A DNA stretch of 64,000 bases from an uncultured Acidimicrobiia bacterium (GTDB taxonomy: Bacteria; Acidobacteriota; Terriglobia; Versatilivoradales; Versatilivoraceae). The stretch is from positions 736,001 through 800,000 of the forward strand of contig CAWBAT010000006.1 in NCBI GenBank assembly GCA_963786955.1, given 5' to 3'. The notes under the pieces are model-generated. The model did not search any database and had not been told where the DNA came from. It saw only the letters and a list, made by a program, of their open reading frames with translations. Each line of letters begins with the position of its first letter. The stretch's first letter is position 1. Position numbers and translations under genes: made by a program. This document shows, piece by piece, positions 31,261 to 40,261 of this stretch.

Positions 31261-31387
31261 ATTGCCCCTCTAACCCAAAGTGTAAAGGCATCGGCATGGA
31301 CCTGCAACTAATCGTCATTCATTCATGCTGTGTTTTTTCTGACGATCCGGAGGGTCGATCAACAGTATAATTTGGCAGGAGTGCGAA

Positions 31388-31650
31388 ATGCCCTACCCAA
31401 CTTTAATGTATATGCATTATGTGATGGAGGCCCAGGACTATTTTCGTGAGGCACTGCAACAATCATACTGCGACCATAAGCTCGACAGGCTCAAGGATGC
31501 ACTTAAGCTCTGGACAATGCCAGTGATTGCGGGGCTCCGTCAGAAACCATCCATGAAATGAGGATGCGATATTACGAGGAATTCATCAAAATCGCCGAAA
31601 GCGAACAGCCGCCTCCCGCGCCGGGGAATCAATCGGAAGACATTTCTTAA
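31388..31650 (+). CDS. Small hypothetical protein (~87 aa after one frameshift near 31510), absent from ORF track
   Basis: TATAAT 31366-31371, AGGAG RBS, MPYPTLMYMHYVMEAQDYFREALQQSYCDHKLDRLKDALKL then LDNASDCGAPSETIHEMRMRYYEEFIKIAESEQPPPAPGNQSEDIS. Confidence 0.5.
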
Positions 31651-31735
31651 AACCGAAATTCTCGTTCTCATGCCGGAAGAGGGCATACTTAAGGGGTAAC
31701 CTAGTGCTAAGTTGCACAAATTCGCGTTAATTGTT

Positions 31736-31758
31736 GTAGCTGGGGTCGTTGACCCCGG
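31736..31758 (+). repeat. Solo GTAG REP hairpin
   Basis: GTAGCTGGGGTCGTTGACCCCGG. Confidence 0.55.
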
Positions 31759-31924
31759 GCCTAAACAGTGGGGTTAGTTACAACACGCGGGTGGCGAAGA
31801 CATGCATTTTTTGCATGTCTTCGAAGCAGGTGTCCTTTCAAAGAACGATGATAAAAATGAGAATACAGCCGACGATGATCTCAAACGTCGTCAGGGTGCT
31901 ACATCCATTGGAGGGAGAGACTCG

Positions 31925-32194
31925 ATGCTCTACATGATCGTGGAACACTTCAGAGGTGACCCTGTTCCTGTGTATCGACGATTTCGAGAACACGGACGTC
32001 TGGCACCCGAAGGGCTGCGGTACATCTGCAGCTGGGTTTCCCAAGACCTGCAGCACTGCTTTCAGATTATGGAGTGTCATGATCCTCACCTTCTGCAAGA
32101 GTGGATTAACCGATGGAAGGATCTCGTTGACTTCGAGATCACGCCCGTCGTGACGTCAGAAGAAGCGGCAGCCATGATGACACCTCGCCTATGA
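31925..32194 (+). CDS. DUF3303-like small protein
   Basis: GGAGG RBS; MLYMIVEHF...VYRRFRE.GR..PEGL.Y..SWV...CFQIME...W...WKDLVDFEI.PV. Confidence 0.8.
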   Translation: MLYMIVEHFRGDPVPVYRRFREHGRLAPEGLRYICSWVSQDLQHCFQIMECHDPHLLQEWINRWKDLVDFEITPVVTSEEAAAMMTPRL

Positions 32195-32298
32195 TGGCGA
32201 TTCTGTGTAATAGGGAATGGTGTTAGGATGGGTCCTGAGAAAAAGTCCGTGAAAAGAATTTGTATCTATCCCGTCATTTCTTCATTAAGGAGGCAGAC

Positions 32299-32730
32299 AT
32301 GAAAATGATGAGTTGGATCATTCTTGTAATAGTTGGAGCCCTGACACTTCTTGTGAGTCTCGGCTCAGTAGGTCGCGCCTACAGTTCGGCCGGGGACCAG
32401 ATAGGCCCTGCCAGCCTAGCCGAGCTATCGGGTGGGAGACCGGAGGTGGTGGCCGCGGTTAGGGCGCGTCGGGCGACGGCGGCCGCCTACGCTGCCGGGT
32501 TCGCAACGCTCTTCCTGGCCATCACCCTTGGCCCCTACCGCCGAGGCGACGTGTGGGCATGGTGGGCGCTCTTAGCTGGCACGCTCGTGGTTTCGCTGTT
32601 GATCCTGCTCCGGATCCCCTTCCTCGGCGTTCGGCTCGGGGCGCCAGCGGCTTTCATCCTGCTGGTAGTGGTTGGCCTCGGCCTGGCCCTCGGCGCTGGT
32701 CGCTTGCGAGGCAGCAACCCTCCTGCCTGA
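32299..32730 (+). CDS. Hypothetical 4-TM membrane protein
   Basis: AAGGAGG RBS; hydrophobic segments, GPYRRGDVWAWW; GC-richer than neighbours. Confidence 0.75.
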   Translation: MKMMSWIILVIVGALTLLVSLGSVGRAYSSAGDQIGPASLAELSGGRPEVVAAVRARRATAAAYAAGFATLFLAITLGPYRRGDVWAWWALLAGTLVVSLLILLRIPFLGVRLGAPAAFILLVVVGLGLALGAGRLRGSNPPA

Positions 32731-32834
32731 GCCGACTCAGTGACGTCAGCATCTACGCCGAATCCTATTCGTAGCCCCCCGGCCGCTTGCTGCAACTGAT
32801 TGCTGAAACACGCGGCGGCTGCCTTCTAGGTTAG

Positions 32835-32971
32835 GAACGGGGTGAAAAAATTCCGCCGGGTCGGGTGACCCGGCCTACAACACGGTGGCAAGCCCTTCGA
32901 AATCATTGTAGGGGTGGGGCTTTCTCAAAGCGTAAACCTCACGCGGCGTACACCATTTTTTTCGCACCTTC
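32835..32971. mobile_element. MITE-like shell containing a REP hairpin
   Basis: Ends GAACGGGGTGAAAAAA / TTTTTTCGCACCTTC resemble 5693-5812; inside CCGCCGGGTCGGGTGACCCGGCCTAC; interior similar to 5835-5862 and 35240-35325. Confidence 0.6.
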
Positions 32972-32999
32972 AGGGGAACCGCCGGAAAGCGAGTTTTTG

Positions 33000-33467
33000 A
33001 TGACAAGAGTCCCAGAATCAGTCGCACGGTTCCTTAGCGGAACCCGCATCGCTGTTGCGGGCGTCTCGCGGCACGCAGACGTCGCCGCCAACACTGTGTT
33101 CAAGAAACTGAGGGATTGCGGGTACGAGGTCTTCCCGGTAAACCCCAACGCCGAAGAAGTCGAAGGTGTGCCGTGTTACCCGAACGTCGCATCCATACCA
33201 GGTGAGCTCGATGGTGTTGTGATTGCCACCCACTCCAGTGTCTCACTCTCGATCGTTCGCCAGTGCAAGGAGCGCAGTGTGAAGCGGATCTGGTTTCATC
33301 GATCCTTTGGAGAGGGCAGCGTCTCGAAAGAGGCGGTCCGCGAGTGCGACCTTCTGGGAATGGAATGTATCGTTGGAGGCTGTCCTCTCATGTTTTGTGA
33401 TCCTGTCGACCTCGGGCACAAGTGTATGAGGTGGTGGCTCCAACGGTCGGGGCAAGTTCCGAAGTGA
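33000..33467 (+). CDS. CoA-binding domain protein
   Basis: RIAVAGVSR, GYEVFPVNP, CYPNVASIP..LDGVVI, IWFH, GGCPLMF. Confidence 0.9.
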   Translation: MTRVPESVARFLSGTRIAVAGVSRHADVAANTVFKKLRDCGYEVFPVNPNAEEVEGVPCYPNVASIPGELDGVVIATHSSVSLSIVRQCKERSVKRIWFHRSFGEGSVSKEAVRECDLLGMECIVGGCPLMFCDPVDLGHKCMRWWLQRSGQVPK

Positions 33468-33650
33468 CGTCCGTATCATCCTGTTTAGGGCTCCGGTCGC
33501 CGAGAAAAGACACTCCACCGTAGGGCAGGAAAAGCAAGAAAACTGAACACTCTTCCAGAAATCGGGGGATGCCGACGTAGGAAAAATCATCAAGGGGCGT
33601 TCCTACAAGATGAAGACGGACCTGAAGGCCAAAAAGGTTATTCCTGATGC

Positions 33651-33788
33651 TAATACAAGCGCATGAAGTAAAGTTAAACTTTAGGTCATCCTCGAATCGT
33701 TCTCCCTCACCCGGTCCTGACGGACCACCCCAAGGGAGAGGGGCTGGAGGAGGGGGAAATTGTCACAATACATAATGCTTTTGTATTA
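33651..33788. mobile_element. MITE-like element, copy 1 (copy 2 at 40068-40211)
   Basis: Ends TAATACAAGCGCATGAAGT / ACATAATGCTTTTGTATTA; body aligns with 40068-40211. Confidence 0.7.
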
Positions 33789-33828
33789 CTTACGAAAAGA
33801 TTGCTGGGATGATCATCGCCAATCATAA

Positions 33829-33955
33829 TTGGCGGCGCAAGTAAGGGTTGCCCTAGTTGGATTCACTGTTGCCATCATCGCCTGTCAGTGTCTCTGGGCT
33901 GAGGACTTCAACGGAGACACAATCAGCGTCCTCAATGATGGCAGAGCCGTTGACA
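33829..33955 (+). pseudogene. Thermonuclease (SNase-like) gene remnant
   Basis: Signal peptide then AEDF / NGDTISVLNDGRAV, like AEDF..KVV.V.DGDTI.VL..G with an internal deletion; similarity then lost. Confidence 0.45.
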
Positions 33956-34055
33956 ATGGTTCCGAGCTGTTGCTAGCATTCCTACTTACTCTCGGGATCC
34001 CAGATCTTAGTTCGAGGTATGGATTTTCGAAATTCAAGTATTCAAGGAGATCTCA

Positions 34056-34745
34056 ATGATGAAAAGGGGAACCAGAATCATTGTTGTTTGTTTCGTTCTT
34101 GTGGCCTTCGGGTTGACATTGGGCTGCGGTAAGAGCGTTGAACAGAAACAGGCGGAACAGACCGCCAAAAACCTGGCTGAGGCGGGGAAGAAGATGGAAG
34201 AAGCTATGAAGCAGGGTGGCGAAGGGGTGGGCGAGGCCATGAAGAAGATGGGGGAGGCCATGAGTGCCGGGAAGAAAGTGGACCCCGTCGACTTCCGTCT
34301 GCTCAAGTCTCTGCTACCGGAGTCCTTGCCCGGCATGAAGCGGACCAGTGCTAGCGGGGAGAAAAATGCCGCCATGGGAATCAACATTTCCAAGGCTGAA
34401 GCAAGATATGAGACCGAGGGAGAGAAAGGCCGAATTGACCTCGATATTACGGACATGGGCTCGATGTCGGGACTTACAGCCATGGCGGCTTTTGGATGGG
34501 CCATGACCGAGATCGATCGGGAAACCGAATCAGGGTATGAGAAAACTAGCACCTACGGGGGCTTTAAAGCACTCGAGAAGTACGACAAGAATAATCAGGA
34601 CGGGGAGATCCAGGTCCTGGTTGGCAATCGCTTCTCAGTAGAAGTCAAGGGCAACGAGGTAACAATGGATCAGGTCAAAGCTGCCTTGGGAAAGATCGAT
34701 TTAGCCAAACTGGACGGAATGAAGACGCAAGGGGTACAACCCTAG
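34056..34745 (+). CDS. Hypothetical lipoprotein
   Basis: AAGGAG RBS; lipobox LTLGC; helical linker then PVDFRLLKSLLPE.LPG domain. Confidence 0.8.
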   Translation: MMKRGTRIIVVCFVLVAFGLTLGCGKSVEQKQAEQTAKNLAEAGKKMEEAMKQGGEGVGEAMKKMGEAMSAGKKVDPVDFRLLKSLLPESLPGMKRTSASGEKNAAMGINISKAEARYETEGEKGRIDLDITDMGSMSGLTAMAAFGWAMTEIDRETESGYEKTSTYGGFKALEKYDKNNQDGEIQVLVGNRFSVEVKGNEVTMDQVKAALGKIDLAKLDGMKTQGVQP

Positions 34746-34860
34746 CTTCTCCCAGCAACGCAGGAGCACAATCCACGATAAAGGATCTATTCTTGCCGCC
34801 AATATCGCCAATCCTGATTGTGTCTACCCGAAGAAAAGTATAGGGTCAGGTCTTGGCATT

Positions 34861-35023
34861 AGATTCTGCTGCAAAACCCATACCCGAGCTGATTTCGCCA
34901 AACTATGGAAAAAATAAATCACTCTAGGATGCCCCACAATGCAATTCTAAGCGGTCTGGATACATCGATGATCACCTCAATATTTTGAAGGTTTTAAGAA
35001 CAAGGGGTTTTGCAGCGGAATCT
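34861..35023. mobile_element. MITE with 19-bp terminal inverted repeats
   Basis: AGATTCTGCTGCAAAACCC / GGGTTTTGCAGCGGAATCT (18/19), no ORF inside. Confidence 0.75.
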
Positions 35024-35125
35024 TCTAATGTTGAGATATGAGCTCTTTCCCTTTTTTTGTTCGAGACATGATCATTCTCTTGATCTAAGGGAATCCAGAT
35101 GACTCGTGCCATTCTGATCTTTCTT

Positions 35126-35745
35126 TACAGGTCGCTCCTATGGAGCTTCCAAGAACAATAGCCCCCGATAACTATAAAACGGAGGCCCCTAACGGAGCCC
35201 GTGGGTGATTAAAGGTTTAAGAAAGGCGGAAATTTTATTGCCGGCTACGCTTGGTCAGCGAACCGGTCTTACAGCACAGTAGTAAGCCTATTGAAACCAT
35301 TGTAGGATTGCGGCTTTCTCAAAGGAGATAGCGCAGAGTCGATTTCAGACTCTGCGGCTTTTTGAAACCGGTGACGAGAAAGGCCGCGGACCCGGAAATC
35401 GGGTCCGCTCTACAGTCTCGGAAAGCCGCGAAGTGGCGGCGCGGAGTTTCGCCCTCCATTGGAGTGCCATTCCCCCTTGTATATTCATTCTCGAGGGATG
35501 AGTGTGCAAGATTATGCAGTTCCCCCTCACCCCCAAACCCCTCTCCTGCGTTGGGGCGAGGGGGGCCGATAATTCATTATTGTTTTCGTCTCGCTAATAT
35601 TAAACGATCCGTACTTCATCTGGTCTTAAGGACCAAATGCTACGTGGCCGTGTTTCATCATTCCCTTGATCTTGCAGCTCGAGACCCTGCACCAACCCAC
35701 CCCTGGCGCCTGAAAGCGCCTACCCCTCCCAAGAGGGGAATCAAC
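35126..35745. repeat. Cluster of heterogeneous REP-like hairpins
   Basis: ACAGGTCGCTCCTATGGAGC, GCAGAGTCGATTTCAGACTCTGC, GCGGACCCGGAAATCGGGTCCGCTCTAC, GGCGGCGCGGAGTTTCGCCCTCCA, CCCCCTCACCCC hairpin at 35522-35565, CCCCTCCCAAGAGGGG. Confidence 0.65.
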
Positions 35746-35800
35746 GGGAAGCGCTTTTCAAAGCGTAGCAAATCCAAAAGGAGACCAAAGCGGAATGAAA

Positions 35801-37015
35801 TCAGTGCATGAATTCGGTAAAGACTTCATTGGAAAGCATCCATCCGTGAGGGGTCAGGCGAAGCGACTCCGGGCTCATTTCGATCAGTCCGGCATCCAGC
35901 AGATGATCAATATTGCTTCGAAATCGGGTCCGCAGGTCAAAGCCAAATCTTTCTTGAAACGAATTGAATTCAATTCCACTCATGAGCCGCAAGTCCCAGG
36001 AAGAGAGCTTCCTCCTGACTGTTCCGCCTCATTGAGGTCATGGCGAGAGACAATGGCAATGCCGATTCAGTTCCATAAGTTCGATATACCGGCCGACACT
36101 CCGTTCATTTCCCCAGCGTTTCCCGTCCAGATAAGAATAGGCCCCGCAGCCAAATCCCAAAAATGACTTATCCGTCCAATATTTCAAGTTATGACGCGAT
36201 TCAAATCCGAGTCGCCCAAAGTTGGAAATTTCATATTGTCTCCAACCAGCCTTTTGCGAAGTCTATCCACCGCTTGGAAATAAAATGCCTCCACCAAATC
36301 GTCATCAGCAAATCGGGGAGAGTGGTCGCTTCACTCTTTTGACTTCCTAATATTGCTGCGGGCCGTAGACTTTCCCAAAATGAGTATTCTCGTGGACCTC
36401 TAGAATATACATGGAAATGTGTTCGGGATTCAGCCGATGGACCTGTTCTAAGTTGTCAGACCATTCCTTTTGGCTCTGAGACGGAAGACCGAGAATTAAA
36501 TCAAGGCTGATATTCTCGATGCCAGATTCCCTGTAGAGATTGTAGGTTTCAATGGAATCAGCAACACTATGGCTTCTCCCAATTCTTCGTAGCAGGTGAT
36601 CCTGAAAAGTCTGCATTCCAATGCTTACCCGATTCACGCCTATCGCGACGTGGGCTTTCGCTTTTTCCGGACTCACGGTTCCCGGATTCACTTCGAGAGT
36701 CATTTCCACATTCCCGGCCAAGTCAAAAACTTCTTTTAAGACTTGGATGATTCCAGCGATCCGCTCGGCAGAAAGCAAGGAAGGTGTCCCACCTCCAAAG
36801 TAAACCGTATCGACAACGCGTGAGTCGATCTCTCCCCGATCAATGCCCAACTCCCGACAAATTGAGCCAGCACCCTGGATCTCTGCTCGAAGAGCGTCCA
36901 GATAAGGAAGGATCATGGAATCCGGATAGACCCCGGAGGCAAAATTGCAGTAACTGCACTTTGATTCACAAAACGGGATGTGAATGTAAATGCCTAAGGG
37001 AGGCTTGCTCTTCAT
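35801..37015 (-). CDS. hemW: Radical SAM heme chaperone HemW (several frameshifts in 3' half)
   Basis: YIHIPFCESKCSYCNF, YFGGGTPS; shifted frames give YEISNF, SRHNLKYW and RLTPHGWMLSNEVF. Confidence 0.9.
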
Positions 37016-37129
37016 GATTGATCATTCCTGGCTCTCGGAGATTGCGGACATTCCGATGATGCGAATCGTCGTGGCGTATTTTCCGGTGCTTATCCCCATA
37101 AAATCCTAGGTTGATTTGTCGAAACCAGG

Positions 37130-38104
37130 CTACTGGCGGCATCTTGACAGGTCCTCGTAGGCCCTTGCAAGCAACAGATCCTTGGTTGTGCCCGAATGAG
37201 GGAACGTTGCGCCGCCGCACGCTGCCGCGAGTTTCGTTTTTGAGTTGTGGGCAGCCAACTGTTCATTGAGCCTGTCGACTCTATGTCGAATCCGAGTGGT
37301 CACTGCTTGAAGACCTAGTTCTCCGGATTCGGGAAGCAGAAATGCAAATTCGTCATAAGCATAGCGAGCAATGAAGTCAATTTGGCGGCATGAAGCACGG
37401 AGGAGATGCGCAATAAATTTCATCGCACGGTCTCCATTAAATGCGGGATGGCCCGTATTGGTGTCGGCATCTTTCAAACCTTGAATTCCGGCCAATAAGA
37501 GACCACAGGAATGTTCGTATCGCCGGCAGCGAGCAATTTCATGAGCCAGCAAAAACTGAAAATAACGATTGGAAAAAAGTCCGGTTTCATCGTCAAAACG
37601 AGGAATGTCCATTTGGTGTCGTTCAACCCGGAGTTTTCTTTCGAGCACCCTCTTTTCGACCAACCGATCGATTGACCTTCGAAGCAGATCAAGGTCAAAG
37701 GGTTTTGAAAAATACTCCGCTGCTCCTAAACGCATTGAAGCCACTGCAGTATCCACCGTGGGAGATCCCGTGATGATGATCACATCACAATTCGGAGTGA
37801 TGACCTTGACCGCCTTGATTAAACCCATGCCATCAAAATCGCCCAACCGGATATCCGTCATCACCATCCCAAAATCTTCACGTTTGATGAGGTCTAGAGC
37901 CTCGGGCCCGGAAGCGCAAGCGGTCGTCGGGAACCCACTGGTATCGAGAAAACTCACCATTTGCTGGCGGGTGGCCTGATCCTCATCCACCACTAAGACT
38001 CTGGTGTTGCGCCTTTCAAAAGTGAAGATCGTATCTCGATCTTTTTCTCTCGTATTCGGGGATCTATCACCCAGATCGGATTGATTACTGGCTCTCTCTT
38101 CCAT
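37130..38104 (-). CDS. Response regulator with degenerate GGDEF domain
   Basis: REC domain (VLVVDED, TDIRL, KPF) then DETGLFSNRYF...RQIDFIARYAYDEF. Confidence 0.85.
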   Translation of the reverse strand: MEERASNQSDLGDRSPNTREKDRDTIFTFERRNTRVLVVDEDQATRQQMVSFLDTSGFPTTACASGPEALDLIKREDFGMVMTDIRLGDFDGMGLIKAVKVITPNCDVIIITGSPTVDTAVASMRLGAAEYFSKPFDLDLLRRSIDRLVEKRVLERKLRVERHQMDIPRFDDETGLFSNRYFQFLLAHEIARCRRYEHSCGLLLAGIQGLKDADTNTGHPAFNGDRAMKFIAHLLRASCRQIDFIARYAYDEFAFLLPESGELGLQAVTTRIRHRVDRLNEQLAAHNSKTKLAAACGGATFPHSGTTKDLLLARAYEDLSRCRQ

Positions 38105-38287
38105 GAAGCTCCTCCAGTCAAGGGGAACTCAGAAGGGGTTTCACTTGACTACTAGCGGCAACAAATCCGGTGAAACGACGCTTCCTCAGATTTAGATAGT
38201 AGCTGGTTTCATCTAACGCTGGCAAGAATTGTCGCTGTATGTGGGAGTCTGGAGAATGACGGCCCGGCAACAATGAATACGTTTGGA

Positions 38288-39919
38288 TTAGCTCAACTGG
38301 AGCAGTCGGTGGCCTGGGTCGTTGAGATCAATTTCCTCAAAGAGTTGCGCCAAAAGATCCATGCCGTAACGCGAGAGAAAGTAAAAAATATTCAGTCGCC
38401 TTTCCTGAAGAGTTTTGACCGGGTAGAGCAGGGAGGAAGCCTTTTCGATCTGCCGCTTCAAGACCTCGTGATGGCGGGTCTCCGCCAGAACAAACTTCGA
38501 CCGCAGGTGGTTGAGTTGGTAGAGAACCTTTTGCTGGGTCGTCTTGAGCGCTTCGGCAAGAGTCTGATCCACTGATTTTAGCGGGCCTTCCAGTTCACTG
38601 AGCTTTTGCTGCATCTCCTGTTCGAGAAGTGAAAACTTCTGGGCCAGGGTTTGATCGAGATTCTGCTCGATGACTTTCATCATCAGTGCTTCGGGTCCCA
38701 TGAGAATGGCTTCGAAATTCAGGGAATATTTTTCAAGGATCTTTCCAATTTTTCTTTCGATAATGGTAAAGCTAAAACGAGGAAAAACGATTGGCGGTTT
38801 TCTACCAAACTCCGCATACAATGGATCCACCTGGGCAAGATAAGCCATCTCCGAAGGCCCCGCTATCGAAGCCAGAGTGGGCAATAATAAATCTTGAAGC
38901 AAGGGTCGAAACAAGACATTCGGGCTCCACAACGCGGGCTCTTCCCGAATCCATTTCAAAATTTCAATCAGCGTCAGCCTTCGATCGGTGCCGCGCAGCT
39001 TCCATTGATCGCCGTCTCGCACCAAAGCCCTTCTCTTTCCTTCTTCCGTCACAAAAAGCCCCATGACGTCCGACTCCACCGTGACCTGGGCATGATAGCC
39101 CCCATCGATCAAGCGCTGGCTCTGCTGTCGAATTTTAGACATCAATTCTTCTGAACTGCCGGCCACTTGTTCTAACCATGGGGCCGTAATCTGTTTGAGG
39201 CGGACATCCAATGGATCGACGAGGATGAGGCCGTAGTTCTTGAAAAGCCAGGCGAACAATTCTCCAAAAGAAGATGCAAACGTGCGTCCTGGAAGATAAC
39301 TGGCCCGCACTCTGGATTCGATCTCTTGCTTAAATTCCGATTCCGGCATCCCATTCAAAAGCAGCTGGGACGTCGCCTCAATGGACTGATTAAACGTCAC
39401 CTTCCCCACGGGCTTCAGAGCATCTTCCAGCTGGGATTCATAATGGATCCGCACGAGTTGAGAATCCGTATCGGCAAGATAGCAGTGGTCGACTTCTGCG
39501 AGATCATGATCCTCCGTCGCCATCCAAAATATAGGGACGGTTTTGACCCCGCGGCAGTTGTAGTGTGCTGCCAGCTTGATGGCGGTCAAGGCCTTGTAGA
39601 TTGTATAGGCAGGCCCTGTAAACAAACCCACTTGTTGTCCTGCGACAACGGCACAACAGTCACTTCCTTTGAGTTTTTCGATATTTTCCAGGGTTTTTTC
39701 CCCGGCGCCAAAGGAATGGTTTTGCGCATGCAAAACTTCGCAGAGCACGTCCCGATGAGGCAGAGAAGATTGTTGCGCAAGATTCTCCTCCCGGAAGTGG
39801 CTCAATTCATAATGGCAGGGAAGGAATCCCTGGACCTTTGAATAATCGTAGAGATAGTCCCTGTAGAGGGCAGAAGTCTTGGGAATCTCTCTAAAATCCA
39901 GGCTGCGAGTTTGAGTCAT
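38288..39919 (-). CDS. bshC: Bacillithiol biosynthesis cysteine-adding enzyme
   Basis: AGQQVGLFTGPAYTIYKA, FWMATEDHDLAEV, SPNVLFRP, AGPSEMAYLAQ, LQER. Confidence 0.93.
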   Translation of the reverse strand: MTQTRSLDFREIPKTSALYRDYLYDYSKVQGFLPCHYELSHFREENLAQQSSLPHRDVLCEVLHAQNHSFGAGEKTLENIEKLKGSDCCAVVAGQQVGLFTGPAYTIYKALTAIKLAAHYNCRGVKTVPIFWMATEDHDLAEVDHCYLADTDSQLVRIHYESQLEDALKPVGKVTFNQSIEATSQLLLNGMPESEFKQEIESRVRASYLPGRTFASSFGELFAWLFKNYGLILVDPLDVRLKQITAPWLEQVAGSSEELMSKIRQQSQRLIDGGYHAQVTVESDVMGLFVTEEGKRRALVRDGDQWKLRGTDRRLTLIEILKWIREEPALWSPNVLFRPLLQDLLLPTLASIAGPSEMAYLAQVDPLYAEFGRKPPIVFPRFSFTIIERKIGKILEKYSLNFEAILMGPEALMMKVIEQNLDQTLAQKFSLLEQEMQQKLSELEGPLKSVDQTLAEALKTTQQKVLYQLNHLRSKFVLAETRHHEVLKRQIEKASSLLYPVKTLQERRLNIFYFLSRYGMDLLAQLFEEIDLNDPGHRLLQLS

Positions 39920-40067
39920 GAGTTAGGTGATTTGGCATTCATGCTGCGGATCAGAGTGTGCAGCCGCAGAGTCACAGCTTGTCTCGAAGGTCTTGGCGAC
40001 TTATCGCCACTCCACGAGGAGTTAAGGGTAAAGGATATTCGTATCTGAGTGATTGAGACCATGTTTC

Positions 40068-40211
40068 TAGTACAGGCGCCGTAAGTAAAGTTACACTTTG
40101 GGTCACACTCAAATCGTTCCCCCTCACCCGGCCTTTTGGCCACCCTCTCCCCAAGGGAGAGGGGCTGGAGGTGAGGGGGAAATTGTCACAAGACTTACTC
40201 CGTTTGTATAA
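40068..40211. mobile_element. MITE-like element, copy 2, with CCCCTCACC hairpin inside
   Basis: Ends TAGTACAGGCGCCGTAAGT / ACTTACTCCGTTTGTATAA; inside CCCCTCACCCGGCC..CTCTCCCCAAGGGAGAGGGGCTGGAGGTGAGGGGG. Confidence 0.72.
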
Positions 40212-40261
40212 ATCCAAACTGGCTTCCCTTGTGTGCGTAAGCGAGCGGCAGAATTCAGGAA

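Noticed and set aside
32735-32812. Integron attC-like site after the 32299 gene
   Set aside because: Lacks RYYYAAC/GTTRRRY core ends and no integrase is present
39920-40066. Riboswitch in the bshC leader
   Set aside because: Only short hairpins; no aptamer consensus recognised; an Rfam scan would be needed
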